This document shows, piece after piece, positions 24,667-36,565 of a DNA stretch of 64,000 nt; the first letter of the stretch is position 1, and every line of letters begins with the position of its first letter. This DNA is from Lepidodermella squamata. Taxonomy: Eukaryota > Animalia > Gastrotricha. The translations under genes and the position numbers were made by a program. The notes below the pieces were generated by a model, which was not told the origin of the DNA, ran no database searches, and saw nothing but the letters and a program-made list of their open reading frames with translations. Location: contig JBLDXI010000045.1 in NCBI GenBank assembly GCA_047495785.1, positions 861,869 to 925,868 on the forward strand. Reading direction: 5' to 3'.

Positions 24667-24955
24667 CTTAAAATCTAAATAAAAGGAATAAACCAATTAC
24701 CAACAACTGGGGGACTTTGGGGATTTTCCAAAATGTAGCACTTTCGCATTTCAAAATTCGAAAATGGTTTAGTAGAGACAGCAGTAGGGGTACAGCAGTA
24801 AATTCCAACAAATCCAAAGATATATTTTCAACCATCAACCATTCAACAATCACAATTCTCCGGTGATAATAACCTCGTAAGTAACCAAAAACAAGGAAAA
24901 GTAATCAATAATGGTGATTTTTACTTTGCAACAATTTGGAATGAAAGACAACGCG

Positions 24956-27142
24956 TCAAGGGTTGACAAATTTTCGAGCTCGAGAAATGAGCGGTTTCAA
25001 TAGAGATCCGCTTGACTTAGCAATATACCTAAAAGACGGTGAGTTTTCGCACAAAACAGACGTGGCCAACGTAACAGATGAAATCACAATTTTCACAGTT
25101 ACTGTTAGATTTTTTGTGAATGCCGGCTCTTTCAGCCATAGCGATTTGCTGTTGATGAAACTCCGCAGATTATTATGGATAGATTCGGCATCTTTGCGGC
25201 TTAAATCGCCGATTTTCGCCAACATCGGCTGACGGCCGATGAGACCATGTAAAGATAACATTGCCCATACAAAGTTACTGGGGTCAGTTGGGCGAGATTT
25301 CAAATAGCTAATCACATCGCCGAGAATCTTATTCCATTGCTTGGCAAATTGAGTCATTTCAAGGCGGCAATCGGCATCAATATTTTCCAGTAAGACAAAC
25401 AAACACTTGAAATCACCGCCGCATATAAACTCAACCACGTTGCGGGAGTAGGCTGAATCTTTGGCCATCAACCTGACGAGCTGAGGCGATTTAGGATGCA
25501 AAATTGTAAGCGCGAAATATTGATGTGCAACATATAGCAGGCGGTGAAAAGATTCATCCTGGTGTGTCACATTGACAGCACAAGGCAGCACTTTGATGAA
25601 TCGATAGTAAAAATCGTCGCAATCGAGCAAAGCTAGGATGCTGGCATTTGCTTCAAATATAATAAAACGGAGACAAAATTTCGATGTCAAGATGCTGAAT
25701 TCATTCAAGTTGCCATACGCATCAATCAATTTTTCCAGTTCGAGAATTTTAAAAGCTCCAAACGAAGGATGGTCGGGTAAAAATGCACGCAGAACGTCGC
25801 TGTCAACAAGAATTCCACAGAAAAGATCCATCAAATAACGAAAATCTGCTATAGACGTTGATGGCGATTCGTTTCGACCAGTGAAATTTCCTGGCTTCTC
25901 AAGCATCACTACTTGGAACCAATCGGCCGAAGTAATAGCCTTCGCTATGAGCAATAAATCAATAGCCTTCGATAAGACGGTTTTATCAGTGGTTTCGATT
26001 GCTTTCATGACATTTGGATTTTTAGGCGCATCAACAACGTACGAGCTCAGTATTAAGCTCGCGATGTCAGAAGAAGGGAGCGCTTTTGAAATTTCATTTA
26101 GATTTTCTGGCAGTACTCGAGTGAAAATACGAAGATTTATAGCTGAGGCAATCCAATGCAAATCATCCAGTGGTTTAATGGGAAACTGATCCTTCTTCGA
26201 AATGATCAAAGTAGCCAAACCCCACCAGGACAAGAAAATGTCCTCAAACAGCCCTTGGCCACGTGTTGAGCAAATCCGTTTCAGAGCCTCTTTCGTGACA
26301 AAACTTCGACTGAAAGACTCAAAAAAGCTTCGAAACCATGGGAGAGCAATCAGAAACTGAATTGCCTCTCCGTTGCCTCTCAATTTTTCGCAAGTTATGG
26401 TCCAGATAACCAACACCCGGCAAAAAAACGAAACAAATTGAATGTGGAAGAAACTCGAAGTAGCGAGGTCAGCTGTTGCTAGCAGCTTCGCCAATTTTTT
26501 GTTTTTCTCAAGTTCAGGGAGACATTCCAGTCGTTCGGACAATAGCTCATTTTTCTCATTCTTCACAACTTCGTACAAGTGAACGATAATGAAAAGCAAT
26601 TGTTCAGGATATTGGGAGTCATCAATGTCGAAAAGACGGTCAATCGCCTCTTGCGTGACTTCCCGATCGATATTTGTTAGTTTCCCCATAGTAAATTGCT
26701 CGCCGGTCATTTCAAAGCCGAGCAAGCTATACGCCCGCCGTATCAACGCGTAAAGCAACTCGACGCGAGGAATAACGTCTTTCCGAGAATGAGTGAGGAC
26801 AGAACCGATGGCAATAGCTTCTTCGTACCATTTCATGCCAATGTAGCCAGTCATTATTTCGGCAGCTTTTTCAGCCGAAATTCCGAACGCAGTGTTCGTC
26901 GCCCTGCGAACAAGGCCTTCGATGCAGGTCAATCGAGCGGCAAAGCCCGGCCTTTCAATGAGTTCTTGAATTCGCAACAGATCGCAATAATACTCGCAGG
27001 TGCCGAAATTCGGGGCGGCATTCAGGACAACGCTTTTCGCAAAAGACGCTACTTTGAAGCGATTATCGAGACCTATGAAGGTCTTGTACACGTCTTCAGA
27101 TCCGGGTACAGCGTTTTCGCCAAAAATTAATTCAAAAGCCAT
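24956..27142 (-). CDS. Family copy 7 (subfamily A), ~728 aa
   Basis: MAFELIFGENAVPGS, LPWFRSFFESFSRS, KPLDDLHW. Confidence 0.9.
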   Translation of the reverse strand: MAFELIFGENAVPGSEDVYKTFIGLDNRFKVASFAKSVVLNAAPNFGTCEYYCDLLRIQELIERPGFAARLTCIEGLVRRATNTAFGISAEKAAEIMTGYIGMKWYEEAIAIGSVLTHSRKDVIPRVELLYALIRRAYSLLGFEMTGEQFTMGKLTNIDREVTQEAIDRLFDIDDSQYPEQLLFIIVHLYEVVKNEKNELLSERLECLPELEKNKKLAKLLATADLATSSFFHIQFVSFFCRVLVIWTITCEKLRGNGEAIQFLIALPWFRSFFESFSRSFVTKEALKRICSTRGQGLFEDIFLSWWGLATLIISKKDQFPIKPLDDLHWIASAINLRIFTRVLPENLNEISKALPSSDIASLILSSYVVDAPKNPNVMKAIETTDKTVLSKAIDLLLIAKAITSADWFQVVMLEKPGNFTGRNESPSTSIADFRYLMDLFCGILVDSDVLRAFLPDHPSFGAFKILELEKLIDAYGNLNEFSILTSKFCLRFIIFEANASILALLDCDDFYYRFIKVLPCAVNVTHQDESFHRLLYVAHQYFALTILHPKSPQLVRLMAKDSAYSRNVVEFICGGDFKCLFVLLENIDADCRLEMTQFAKQWNKILGDVISYLKSRPTDPSNFVWAMLSLHGLIGRQPMLAKIGDLSRKDAESIHNNLRSFINSKSLWLKEPAFTKNLTVTVKIVISSVTLATSVLCENSPSFRYIAKSSGSLLKPLISRARKFVNP

Positions 27143-27660
27143 CAAAAATTGAAAAACTGAAAAACCTAATTTAAAATATAGGCAAGTTGAAATTCTAAAT
27201 TGTCAGAACATGTATCGCTTCGATCTTTATTTTCCGAGACAAATAGGTAACCAGAGCGTTGTATCGTCAAATTTCGATAAACTCAAATCAGAACTCATAA
27301 TGCGATTCCAGATCCTCGTCGAGATAGGGGTCATTTTATTCAAAATTTGTCATAAAAAAAACAAATAGAAGACGCAACATTCAACATAGCGCAATATAGC
27401 AAAACAGAGTAATTAGGCATGATCAGAGTTTGTTAATGAGATTTTATCGATACCGTACAAGGTTATATTTATAAGCCCATATTGGCCCCTGAAATTTCAA
27501 CTATGAAACACGTTAGGATAAGCAAACAATTACGATTAGTTGCAGTCATAATATGTCTGAAAGAAAAACGTTTTATTAAAATTAATTTATAAATTCACAA
27601 ACACAACAAAGAATGATTAAATAACCGGAATCAAGTAGAGCGTTTCTTAGTAAAATTTGA

Positions 27661-29826
27661 TCAAATTTCCAACAACAGGTGAGAATTTTCAAAAATAGAA
27701 CACAGATGGGGAGATTTTCGACGTAAGAAAGTGCATAGGCTAACAATGTCAGACATTTGTTTCGAGGCAGATTCAAAGAAAGGCCCTGCCCTTCCGGCAC
27801 CAAGTTCACCTAAATTTTGAGAAATATGGCTGAAAAGGAAAGCTGCTTCTTCGCTAGTCCAATCTTCAAATTGAGCCAATTCAGGTTGGCGACAAATAAG
27901 CGCATGCAAAGCAAGCAAGACGATCAGCGAATCGTTTGGACAGGCAATTTCACCAGCTAAATTTCGGCGAACCCGTGCCGAAAATCGTTGCAATTCCGAA
28001 GGAAATTCAGCAGCGAGTTCACGGCGGAAATCGGCATCCGCGCTTCGTAAAATCGCAGTCAAAAACGGGAAGCTGAATTTGTCATAATGAAACGCAAATT
28101 TGAACATTCCCCGCGACAATTCGAAATTCTCAAGGACACTTCTGTAGACTGAATATTTCGAAAAAGTTGTAGCATCTGTCAAAAACTTGAAAAACCGAGT
28201 AAGAGCCGACTTTCGTCGTTCTTTTTCGACAATTGAAATCGTAGCAAGCTGAAACGCTCTCGGAAGCACTGCGAGCAACTTTTTTGAAAATTCGTAGTTA
28301 GAAATGAGAGGACGAAAGCTCAACTTGGACAACAGCATCATTAGCCAGCTTCCGATTACTTTTTTCCCACGTTCGTTCAACGCGAATTGCGATAATTTTT
28401 CGAGTTGCACTAGGCAGACAGCCGCATGAGAGCCTCGATTTCGCAGCAAATTGCCCAGAATCTCAATTACGTCGGCTGATTCGTACAAGGCATTGAAAAT
28501 GGTGAAATACAACAACCGACTGGAGGTTGGGTCGTCTTTCTCAACAGGCGGATATCGAGTATAAGCTGTTTTATCCCAGTCAGCGCAAACCAAGATATCG
28601 ACAAGGGACAACAAATCGATCGACTTTGAAAGCTTCTCTTTACCCAAATTTTCAGTTGCCATTTGAAACTCCAAGTTGCTGGTAGCTAACAATTTCAAAC
28701 AGGAAGCCATTTGCATAGCAAATCGATCACTTCCAGGAAACAAATGTTCAGCACAATCGGGTTCAAAATACGTTTCCTGGAAGAAAAGCTGGAAGGCAAT
28801 AATCGAGGCGTACCATTCAAAATCATTGAAAGGTCCCAACAGCTGCAAATCCTCTTTGTTTGATAATATGCGAGAGATATAAGGCTGAGCCAGTGAAGAC
28901 CAACCAGCTAACAAATTCTCATAGGTCCCTTCGCCTGGTTTCAGAGCCAGGCGAATCAAGCTTTCCTTTGAAACCAAGTTGTATCCAAATGATGAAATGA
29001 AGCTTTTGTACCAGTCTTGGCTGATCAAAAAATCACTGGCCCGGGTTGACTTTTCCACTATATCGACCAATTCGACCCATTTGCTAACCATCAAAGTGAA
29101 CCAAGCGACAAATTGAAGTTCGAAAAAAGAATCCGAACACAAGTTGATTTCCGATAGGATGTTTGAAATGACAGGATTCTGGCCAAATCTAGCGATTACG
29201 TTCAACCTCCGACAAAACACCTCCGTAATGCCAGGGTCATTACAATTTATGAGGCGCAAGAGATGGGTGGCGAGAAATAGGAGTTTTTTCGTACTATCGA
29301 ATTGATTTGCCATGAGAAGGCGATCGATTGACGAATCCGCCTCGGCTGCGTCGAATTTTTTCTGCTGCCCGCCTAGCATGATATTATCGATGAGTGAGAC
29401 GCTAGGCAGGCGGTCATAGCCGAGTTGGGTGTAACACGATTCAACGAGAGATCGAACGGCTGGTGAACCTTGAACATTTCCGAGCGACAATTCGTAGATG
29501 GATCCAAGTCCGATTGCTTCTTCGAAGCGGCCATTGTCCATGTAGACATTCATTATAGCAATGGCATAGCGAGTGGGAACCGAGCCGTTTCTCCAAAACA
29601 AATAATTAACAGCCCTTACTTCAGCCTCTTCCACAGGACTGACAATGATGGGCCTATGGTAAATTAAAGGCCATTCTTGAGGATCTGAGTAGAAATTGAG
29701 CAGGTGTTGGCGTAAGTCTGCGATGAATTTAGCAACTTTTGACCGGTCATTCAGCCCAACGAAACGATTGTAGACGTCTTCAGAACCCGGGACGGCATTT
29801 TCACCAAATATCAGTTCAAAAGCCAT
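27661..29826 (-). CDS. Family copy 8 (subfamily A), 721 aa
   Basis: MAFELIFGENAVPGS, SQDWYKSFISSFGY, GPFNDFEW. atttag lies directly before the ATG. Confidence 0.9.
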   Translation of the reverse strand: MAFELIFGENAVPGSEDVYNRFVGLNDRSKVAKFIADLRQHLLNFYSDPQEWPLIYHRPIIVSPVEEAEVRAVNYLFWRNGSVPTRYAIAIMNVYMDNGRFEEAIGLGSIYELSLGNVQGSPAVRSLVESCYTQLGYDRLPSVSLIDNIMLGGQQKKFDAAEADSSIDRLLMANQFDSTKKLLFLATHLLRLINCNDPGITEVFCRRLNVIARFGQNPVISNILSEINLCSDSFFELQFVAWFTLMVSKWVELVDIVEKSTRASDFLISQDWYKSFISSFGYNLVSKESLIRLALKPGEGTYENLLAGWSSLAQPYISRILSNKEDLQLLGPFNDFEWYASIIAFQLFFQETYFEPDCAEHLFPGSDRFAMQMASCLKLLATSNLEFQMATENLGKEKLSKSIDLLSLVDILVCADWDKTAYTRYPPVEKDDPTSSRLLYFTIFNALYESADVIEILGNLLRNRGSHAAVCLVQLEKLSQFALNERGKKVIGSWLMMLLSKLSFRPLISNYEFSKKLLAVLPRAFQLATISIVEKERRKSALTRFFKFLTDATTFSKYSVYRSVLENFELSRGMFKFAFHYDKFSFPFLTAILRSADADFRRELAAEFPSELQRFSARVRRNLAGEIACPNDSLIVLLALHALICRQPELAQFEDWTSEEAAFLFSHISQNLGELGAGRAGPFFESASKQMSDIVSLCTFLRRKSPHLCSIFENSHLLLEI

Positions 29827-30204
29827 CTAAATAATAAATAATATATCGCGATAAAAATGAAAAATTAACCAAATACGAACTTGAAAGGAAAGGTCTAATT
29901 CCGCTCAAAATAAATGGTAAAGGAACTTCAAATTCAGATAAGGAGAGGATGGGCGTTATCCGGAATAAGAAATTTTAAAAAATCTGGCAGTTAAAAAATA
30001 AGAAAATACTTTCAAAATATCGTTGGGTTCTGCTGAAAGCTGTAGTCTTTTAGAGTACCAAGGTGTGGATTTCAGCTTTGGAACGGATCCCCTAGAATAA
30101 ATTCCCTGATCTGCGTTTATTGGGGATTTCTTCCTAAATTTTATTCCACATTTCGCGCGAAATCAAAATCGCAGCAGGAGAAATAGTAGTGATATAAAAA
30201 TGAC

Positions 30205-30270
30205 TAGAGCCAAGCAAACGAAATTCCAAGTTTCAAGTAGAGCCAAGCAAACGAAATTCCCAGTTTCAAG
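30205..30270. repeat. 33-bp tandem duplication
   Basis: tagagccaagcaaacgaaattcc(a/c)agtttcaag, two copies with one mismatch. Confidence 0.9.
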
Positions 30271-30906
30271 CTAAAGAAAATTTCGTGAAATGACCTTCGC
30301 CATTCTGAAATCATTCTGAGCGTCAACAGCTGCACGAAGAATGCATACATTTATTTGAACAATTTGGCTGGCTAGGCCACAAAACACTAATTTTAGACGA
30401 CCCCATGTTTGCACATTCGAGCTGTCGCCACGGAGATAAAATTGGTGATTCGCCAAGTTCAATAAAATAGCTTACTCATGGCACAGCTTGGCTGTAATCT
30501 GAAAACACCTTTTCCTCACCTTTCTGTTTCTAACTAAAAGCAATAAATGAAATGCATCAGCCACTTATGAGCTTGAAATCACGTAAGTTTCAAATATCTA
30601 CCTTAAAATTAGAGACTCACTGTTACTTAGAAATTAGAAGGTGGCCACATAAAATCGGCAAAAATGTCAATTTATAAAGAATTTTATTCGAATCCTCTTG
30701 AAGTTCGAAGCCCAACATTACCAACTTCTAGGAAATCAATCGGATGTATGAGTCGGAAAGACAACAATTCAAGAATTGAAGCGAAACAGTTTTATTCCTT
30801 TCTGCTATATTCGACGATTCATTGATCAAAATATTTATCAACATTCAAGCATGCAATTGAGCAGAAATTACAAGAGAAGCGCAAAAACGGGATCATTGAT
30901 CTCAGG

Positions 30907-33159
30907 CTAGAACAGAACTTGGAAACAGCCGAGTTTCTTACGAATTTGATCATACAGACCACAAGCTATATCATCAATTGTTTTGCGCATCATCTTCGTG
31001 AGAGAAGCGCAAATTTGAAGCTGGCGCTCAGACAACTTGACGCTGCTGCTTGCTTCGATAATTTTCGTTAGCATGATTGTAAAATTCAAAACGAACAGCT
31101 GATTCAGTCCTTTCTTGGCGTCAAGTTGATTTGGTCGATTCAACAAATTATTGATAATACCGAAAAATTCATTCATGAGACGAGGCCTAGATTGCAGTAC
31201 AACTTCGATCGGCAACAGAGGATCCGGGCCAGAAATTAACAGGGTGAAACAAATCGAAGCGTTGAGAAGATCCAACGTGTCCTCATACCACGTGGGCCCC
31301 AAATCCGTCAGTCGAAGAATCGATGTAGCAATTTTCACCAATGAACTCCGATATTTGGAGGCGATTCTGGCGCGATGGGCCGGATCTTTCAAATTGCGAA
31401 GAACAACAGCAAGGCAAATGTAACCATTAAGCACGGGGCCTTGTTCGTAAAAACTGAGGCATAACCCGAGCACAGTGTCGAATTTTGAATCAGTGAGAAA
31501 TTGCGAGAAAATCGAGTCGTTAGTCATACCTGGCCAGGCAAGAAACTTGACCAGCTGAATGACAACGCGCCTTAATTCTAGGTCACCTTCGATAAGTTTG
31601 ACATTCAGCGTAACAATGTTGAGAAAACTGGAGCAAAATTCACGGTTATTTGCAGGGACGGTGGCGTAATTTTGCGCCTCGATATCTACCGTGAAATTGT
31701 AGAGACCGATTAAAGCGGCACTTGAATAGTTAGTTTTCATCGGATTCGGCTTCTCCAGCTTAAAAAAGTTCAGGATGACACCGATATACGAATATACCGG
31801 GGATAATTTCAGGAACGCACCGGTTGGTTTGGACCCGCGATTTTGCCAAAGAATCGCGTTGATTAAAGGGAAGACATGCCGGTTAATGGCGCAATGAGTC
31901 ACGCTTTTACCGTCTTTCTTTTCATGAAATTCAACAACCGAAGCAGAAGCTATTAGACACAGCCGATCCATGGTCGGAGCAATTTTTTCATCGGACAGGG
32001 CCAAGAATTTGCCCCTCATTACTTCATTAGATTCCCATTCATTTAAAGCTTTTTGAAGAATAAAATGCGAGAAATTAGCTGCCGAAATGCCATAGCCACC
32101 GTTAACAAAAGCATGATTGACTGGGCCACTGAAAACCATGAGCATCGCAATTTTCGCGAACCAAGTCAAATCGTCGAAAATCGGCAGTTTTCGATTGACT
32201 CTAAACCTGGATCCAACACCCTTCCACAGAGGTGAGTCATTGTCAGCATAGGCTACATCTGGAAACGTGAAATTGATCCAACTACCGATAAGTTCAGCGT
32301 AAGTTCCTTCACGAGCAATTGCGAATTTCTTCAAAGCACCAGGTTTAGCGAGGCTTGATCCAAAATTAATCAGGAATTTACGAAACCACGGCTGCTTCTC
32401 CAATTTGCCAGCCAGCTGAGCGTCGAAGAAACACATCATCACCCGCATAGTCGAAAACAAATGGCCGAGAAATCGGAGTTGCGATGGGTTCAAAGTCACA
32501 AAATCGGCATTCGAGATCAACTCCGACAAAAACTGATTCTCCCCCAATTTTTCAATCAATAAAGAGCATTGTTGGGCGAAATACGAATGTATAGCCGGGG
32601 GTCTAGCTCCGAATGGAGCAGGAACGACGCGAAGCAGCCACGTGAGGTAGATCAGCCTATCATCAAGATTGTCTTTCGGAGTTGTCGATAAAATCAACTC
32701 AGCTGGTGAAATCGAACTCATGACACTACTGAATTCCGACGCATCGATAAACTTGTGAATTTCCCTTTCAATAGTTTCCTTCGCCTCGATTTTTATTTCA
32801 CGGATTTTGGCCATCGTGAAGAAAGCATAGGCCCGTTTCGAGTCTCCACTTTTGTGCAGCGCTTTGGCAGTGCGGCAATACAATTCCGAATCGAACCCTC
32901 CGAGCAAATCCGCGATTTCGTAAAAACAATTGACGACATCCCGCCAATTTTTAGATTCCTGAGCTTTCGCAGCTTTCTCTTCCAGCTCGGCGATTTTCTC
33001 GTTTCTCTTGTTGACTTCATCGTTACCACCAGCAGCTCTACGACGGGCTTCATTACTCAAGTTCAGGACGTCGCTGCTATTTTTCAAGCGATGGAACAAT
33101 CGACCAACCTCGTCAGAGCCTGGGGCAACATCTTTGCCGTAAATCAGCCGTAAATCCAT
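30907..33159 (-). CDS. Family copy 9 (subfamily B), ~750 aa
   Basis: MDLRLIYGKDVAPGS at 33159; LPIFDDLTW. Confidence 0.9.
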   Translation of the reverse strand: MDLRLIYGKDVAPGSDEVGRLFHRLKNSSDVLNLSNEARRRAAGGNDEVNKRNEKIAELEEKAAKAQESKNWRDVVNCFYEIADLLGGFDSELYCRTAKALHKSGDSKRAYAFFTMAKIREIKIEAKETIEREIHKFIDASEFSSVMSSISPAELILSTTPKDNLDDRLIYLTWLLRVVPAPFGARPPAIHSYFAQQCSLLIEKLGENQFLSELISNADFVTLNPSQLRFLGHLFSTMRVMMCFFDAQLAGKLEKQPWFRKFLINFGSSLAKPGALKKFAIAREGTYAELIGSWINFTFPDVAYADNDSPLWKGVGSRFRVNRKLPIFDDLTWFAKIAMLMVFSGPVNHAFVNGGYGISAANFSHFILQKALNEWESNEVMRGKFLALSDEKIAPTMDRLCLIASASVVEFHEKKDGKSVTHCAINRHVFPLINAILWQNRGSKPTGAFLKLSPVYSYIGVILNFFKLEKPNPMKTNYSSAALIGLYNFTVDIEAQNYATVPANNREFCSSFLNIVTLNVKLIEGDLELRRVVIQLVKFLAWPGMTNDSIFSQFLTDSKFDTVLGLCLSFYEQGPVLNGYICLAVVLRNLKDPAHRARIASKYRSSLVKIATSILRLTDLGPTWYEDTLDLLNASICFTLLISGPDPLLPIEVVLQSRPRLMNEFFGIINNLLNRPNQLDAKKGLNQLFVLNFTIMLTKIIEASSSVKLSERQLQICASLTKMMRKTIDDIACGLYDQIRKKLGCFQVLF

Positions 33160-33937
33160 ACTAAAATATCTAAAATGATTGAATGACAACTATGAAAATG
33201 GCAAAATAATAATTCCAGCAAATAAATTAGACAAGTAAGGCATTCCTTCTGGTTTACACCAAAATTTAATAAAAAGTAAGAATGAAGGTGTAAAATAAAA
33301 AACCACACAAAATGTCTGAATGAGTTTAACGCCCAAAGCAAGAAGAATCTAAATCAGCACGCGACTACACAGAGGCATGGACAAGCTCAGACTAAACAAT
33401 CTCAACGACATAGGAACTATTCAAGTATTACAATGTGAAACTTAATTGGCGTAAAATGGTCGAAACAAGGTCAGACCTCGGAACAAAATTGAATCGAATT
33501 TTTTGTTTGCATAAATAAAGCAATTTTTGAACTTCCCAAATCTCGATTGAACTTAACATTTCATCCGAAATCGATTTTTTACGGCCGTAGACGCGGAAAG
33601 TGGCAAACCCCTACGACAGATTTATCAATGCCGGTTCTTTTCGAAGTTTATAGTTCAGCCAATCTTCCCCTCCAGATAAGTTGACCCCAAGGTTCGGCAA
33701 CACAACGGCCGCTTTTAAGGATAAAAAAGGTGTTCATCTAAGATCTTCACCGTCACAGCTCAAGTTGAAAACCAAGATTCGCGATCCAATAAGTACTAAA
33801 ATACCTAAATCAAGATAAAAATATGAAATGGCACAATCATACATGGATAATTTTTCCAAATTAGGCAATGTTTCGGATTTAGTAATTGATTAGAAAAGCT
33901 GGAAAAGGTTTAAAAATCATTAGGGCACAAGTTGAAT

Positions 33938-35125
33938 TCAAGAAAGCAATAAGGCGTCAGGAAGGTGATCGAATTCCGAAAAATTCAGGTAATTCTTGAG
34001 AGTCATTGGTAACGGAAGCGACTGGATAGCGACTTGGCGATCAACAATGCCAAAAGGTAGAGTTTCGACAATAGCCTCTCGGCAAAGATCTTGCAAAAAT
34101 CGCGGAATTCTCGGAGGCTGATAATCAGAAACAGCATTGTAACAATGAAAGCCAAACTTGCGGGCCAATTCGCTGAAAATCGAAAAGCCGGGATTCGTGA
34201 TATAAAAATTGCCTTTAGCCCGGTATCCAGCACGTAGAAACAAGAGAAGCCCGTAAATGATTCCTTTCCTTTCAAGCAACGAGTCGCCTTTTCCAACAAG
34301 ACTGCGAACTACGTTCCAAATTTGATTGACAGGAAAAATCGGTGGTTTAGCAAAGGCGAATGCAAACAGCTCAGCGCATTCCGCATCAAACGCAGCCATA
34401 GTAGTAAGGCGTTTCATTATCGTAGCGAAAGCACTGTGAGATGAAAATGAGTAATTTTGCGAAATTAATTTCTTCATCACTATTTTAGCCACGTTCAGCC
34501 ATCGATTCAAATAACGATTTGCGTACGAAGATTTTCTCAACGCCTCCGCCAATCCATGGGACATGTAGATCATAGGGCAGAAGTGGCTGTAACCGAGTCG
34601 AAAAGGCACGTCATACTTGACCACAGCTTCGATGCCAGCAATCGACCCGGCCGTGTTTCTATAGCAATACGCCAGAAAACACAGCGGAAAGGGCCCGTCA
34701 AGGCATGAGAAAGCTTTATCCAGCAGCGCGTAGTTCTTTTTGATCAGGCAACAAATGGCAAGAAGATGAAACTCCGGTCCATATCGAATAATTTTGACTT
34801 CGCCCAGGTCGAAATAGTTATCATTCAATTTCTTCATCAAGCCGTTAGTTAAAGAATCATCAAACACTTGAGACCTTCGAACCAATGACATGGAGTTACG
34901 AAGTTGAAGAAAGTGAGAAATATCCAAGCGAAAAAGCTCGGGGTCGAAAATAATGTCAATCAAGTGATTTCTATCAGCAAGACTCGCAAGCTTTCCGGTT
35001 GAATTTGCGAAGATTTCTTGAAAATACCGACTGGCCGTGTTGCACAAATCATCTTGAAATGTCGAGTTGGAAATACAGCAGTCACCGCCGCAAATCAGCC
35101 CCTGGTGAAGTTGTGCTGTATTCAT
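33938..35125 (-). CDS. SOCS-box protein B, ~395 aa
   Basis: C-terminal PRFLQDLCREAIVETLP...IQSLPLPMTLKNYL. The N-terminal CGGDCC motif is shared with 35213-36565. Confidence 0.85.
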   Translation of the reverse strand: MNTAQLHQGLICGGDCCISNSTFQDDLCNTASRYFQEIFANSTGKLASLADRNHLIDIIFDPELFRLDISHFLQLRNSMSLVRRSQVFDDSLTNGLMKKLNDNYFDLGEVKIIRYGPEFHLLAICCLIKKNYALLDKAFSCLDGPFPLCFLAYCYRNTAGSIAGIEAVVKYDVPFRLGYSHFCPMIYMSHGLAEALRKSSYANRYLNRWLNVAKIVMKKLISQNYSFSSHSAFATIMKRLTTMAAFDAECAELFAFAFAKPPIFPVNQIWNVVRSLVGKGDSLLERKGIIYGLLLFLRAGYRAKGNFYITNPGFSIFSELARKFGFHCYNAVSDYQPPRIPRFLQDLCREAIVETLPFGIVDRQVAIQSLPLPMTLKNYLNFSEFDHLPDALLLS

Positions 35126-35212
35126 TAATAAACCCCTAGAATTGATCGATACATCAAAGTTATTTATCACCAACAAACAGCGAAGGACTACTTAGAAAAT
35201 TGTTATTATTAT

Positions 35213-36565
35213 TTAGAAGGATGGTATATCAAATTCTTTGAATAAAAGGTAGTCCTCGAGCGAATTTGGCAACTGGAGAGACTTGATGGATTTAGGACGA
35301 TCGAATATGCCTGAAGGCAGACTCTTCAAAATTACGATGCGCGAAATTGCCTGCAACGGTCGAGGGAAATATTTTGTCGCTTGGCCCAAGAAAAACATTG
35401 TATCTCTGAGATGAATCGATCTTTCCGATCTCAACGCATTGATTCGTTCCGTTACTTGACCGATATCAAAAGCTGAACTGCCAGTACACTCGATTAATAT
35501 GTAAAAAATCATGTTTTCATTCCTCCAAATGCGACTGCTGAACGAATTCTCCGAGGCGTAGAACCTTTCAGAGCGGGTGAAAACGTGGCAAAAATTTTGC
35601 ATCGGGTGACTCCTAGCGCCGGCCCGTAACAGCGGCAGCACTAAATTTTTGAAAACTTTGACCAGGATATCAGTCGAAAATTGCGAAGATGGGACGTTTA
35701 TGAAAGCCCACGCCAATAATTCAGCCAAGTTCGAATAGAAAAATCCATGAGAGCCTTCGAGATGGAAACAGGATTTGAATTTTTCAATAAGAAACTTGGT
35801 CAAATTCGGACTGAAAACGCTTAGACCGACGAGTTTTGCCAGGCAATTCGCAGGTTCCCTAGCATGTGACGCCAATTTTGTTAAACATCTGTCCCAGATT
35901 TGGACATCATTTTCAAAATGTGGAGGCCATCTTTGAATCCTGAGGCTATCGTGGAAAAGTTCAAGATAAGCATCGATGCTGTGAGCAATCGGGGCTTCTT
36001 CTCGTGGGTCCATTCCCATAGGTTCGTCTTCGTCCACATCCATCTCATTGATCTCTTTCAAGAGGGTCGTGTCGACATCGGCGTCATTTAAAATCAGCAC
36101 ATCAATGCCATCAGCCCACTTGGCGCGAACTGCGGATAGCAAAAGAGACTGAATAACGCATTTTGGAGTAGTATCCCCGACTGATACTAAGGCATCTAAA
36201 AGGGTTTCACGATCCTCGCAGCGGACAGCAAACAGCATTTTAACGTAGGCTTCGGCATTGAATTGTTCTGACAAAGCAAGATTTTTCGTTTGATTTCCAA
36301 TAACAACATTGTGATCGGTTAATTCGTTTTCAGCAAATGGTATGAGTACGATTGCGTTGCTAGTCTCAAATTCCAAATCTTCATCCAAAAATAAAACTTC
36401 GTCCTGTTCATGTCGAACTAATTCGGACGTGACCAATACACGACCGGCGATGTCGCGAGTAACATGGCTAGCGACTCGCGTTAAATCGTCGAAAAATTGC
36501 TCGGTTGATATTATACAGCAATGGCCACCGCAAACGAACCTTTCGTTGTGACCTTCAAATCGCAT
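35213..36565 (-). CDS. SOCS-box protein C, 450 aa, possibly with degenerate ankyrin-like repeats
   Basis: C-terminal PRPLQAISRIVILKSLP...IKSLQLPNSLEDYL; N-terminal CGGHCC; LLLSAVRAKWADGIDVLILNDADVD resembles an ankyrin repeat. Confidence 0.85.
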   Translation of the reverse strand: MRFEGHNERFVCGGHCCIISTEQFFDDLTRVASHVTRDIAGRVLVTSELVRHEQDEVLFLDEDLEFETSNAIVLIPFAENELTDHNVVIGNQTKNLALSEQFNAEAYVKMLFAVRCEDRETLLDALVSVGDTTPKCVIQSLLLSAVRAKWADGIDVLILNDADVDTTLLKEINEMDVDEDEPMGMDPREEAPIAHSIDAYLELFHDSLRIQRWPPHFENDVQIWDRCLTKLASHAREPANCLAKLVGLSVFSPNLTKFLIEKFKSCFHLEGSHGFFYSNLAELLAWAFINVPSSQFSTDILVKVFKNLVLPLLRAGARSHPMQNFCHVFTRSERFYASENSFSSRIWRNENMIFYILIECTGSSAFDIGQVTERINALRSERSIHLRDTMFFLGQATKYFPRPLQAISRIVILKSLPSGIFDRPKSIKSLQLPNSLEDYLLFKEFDIPSF

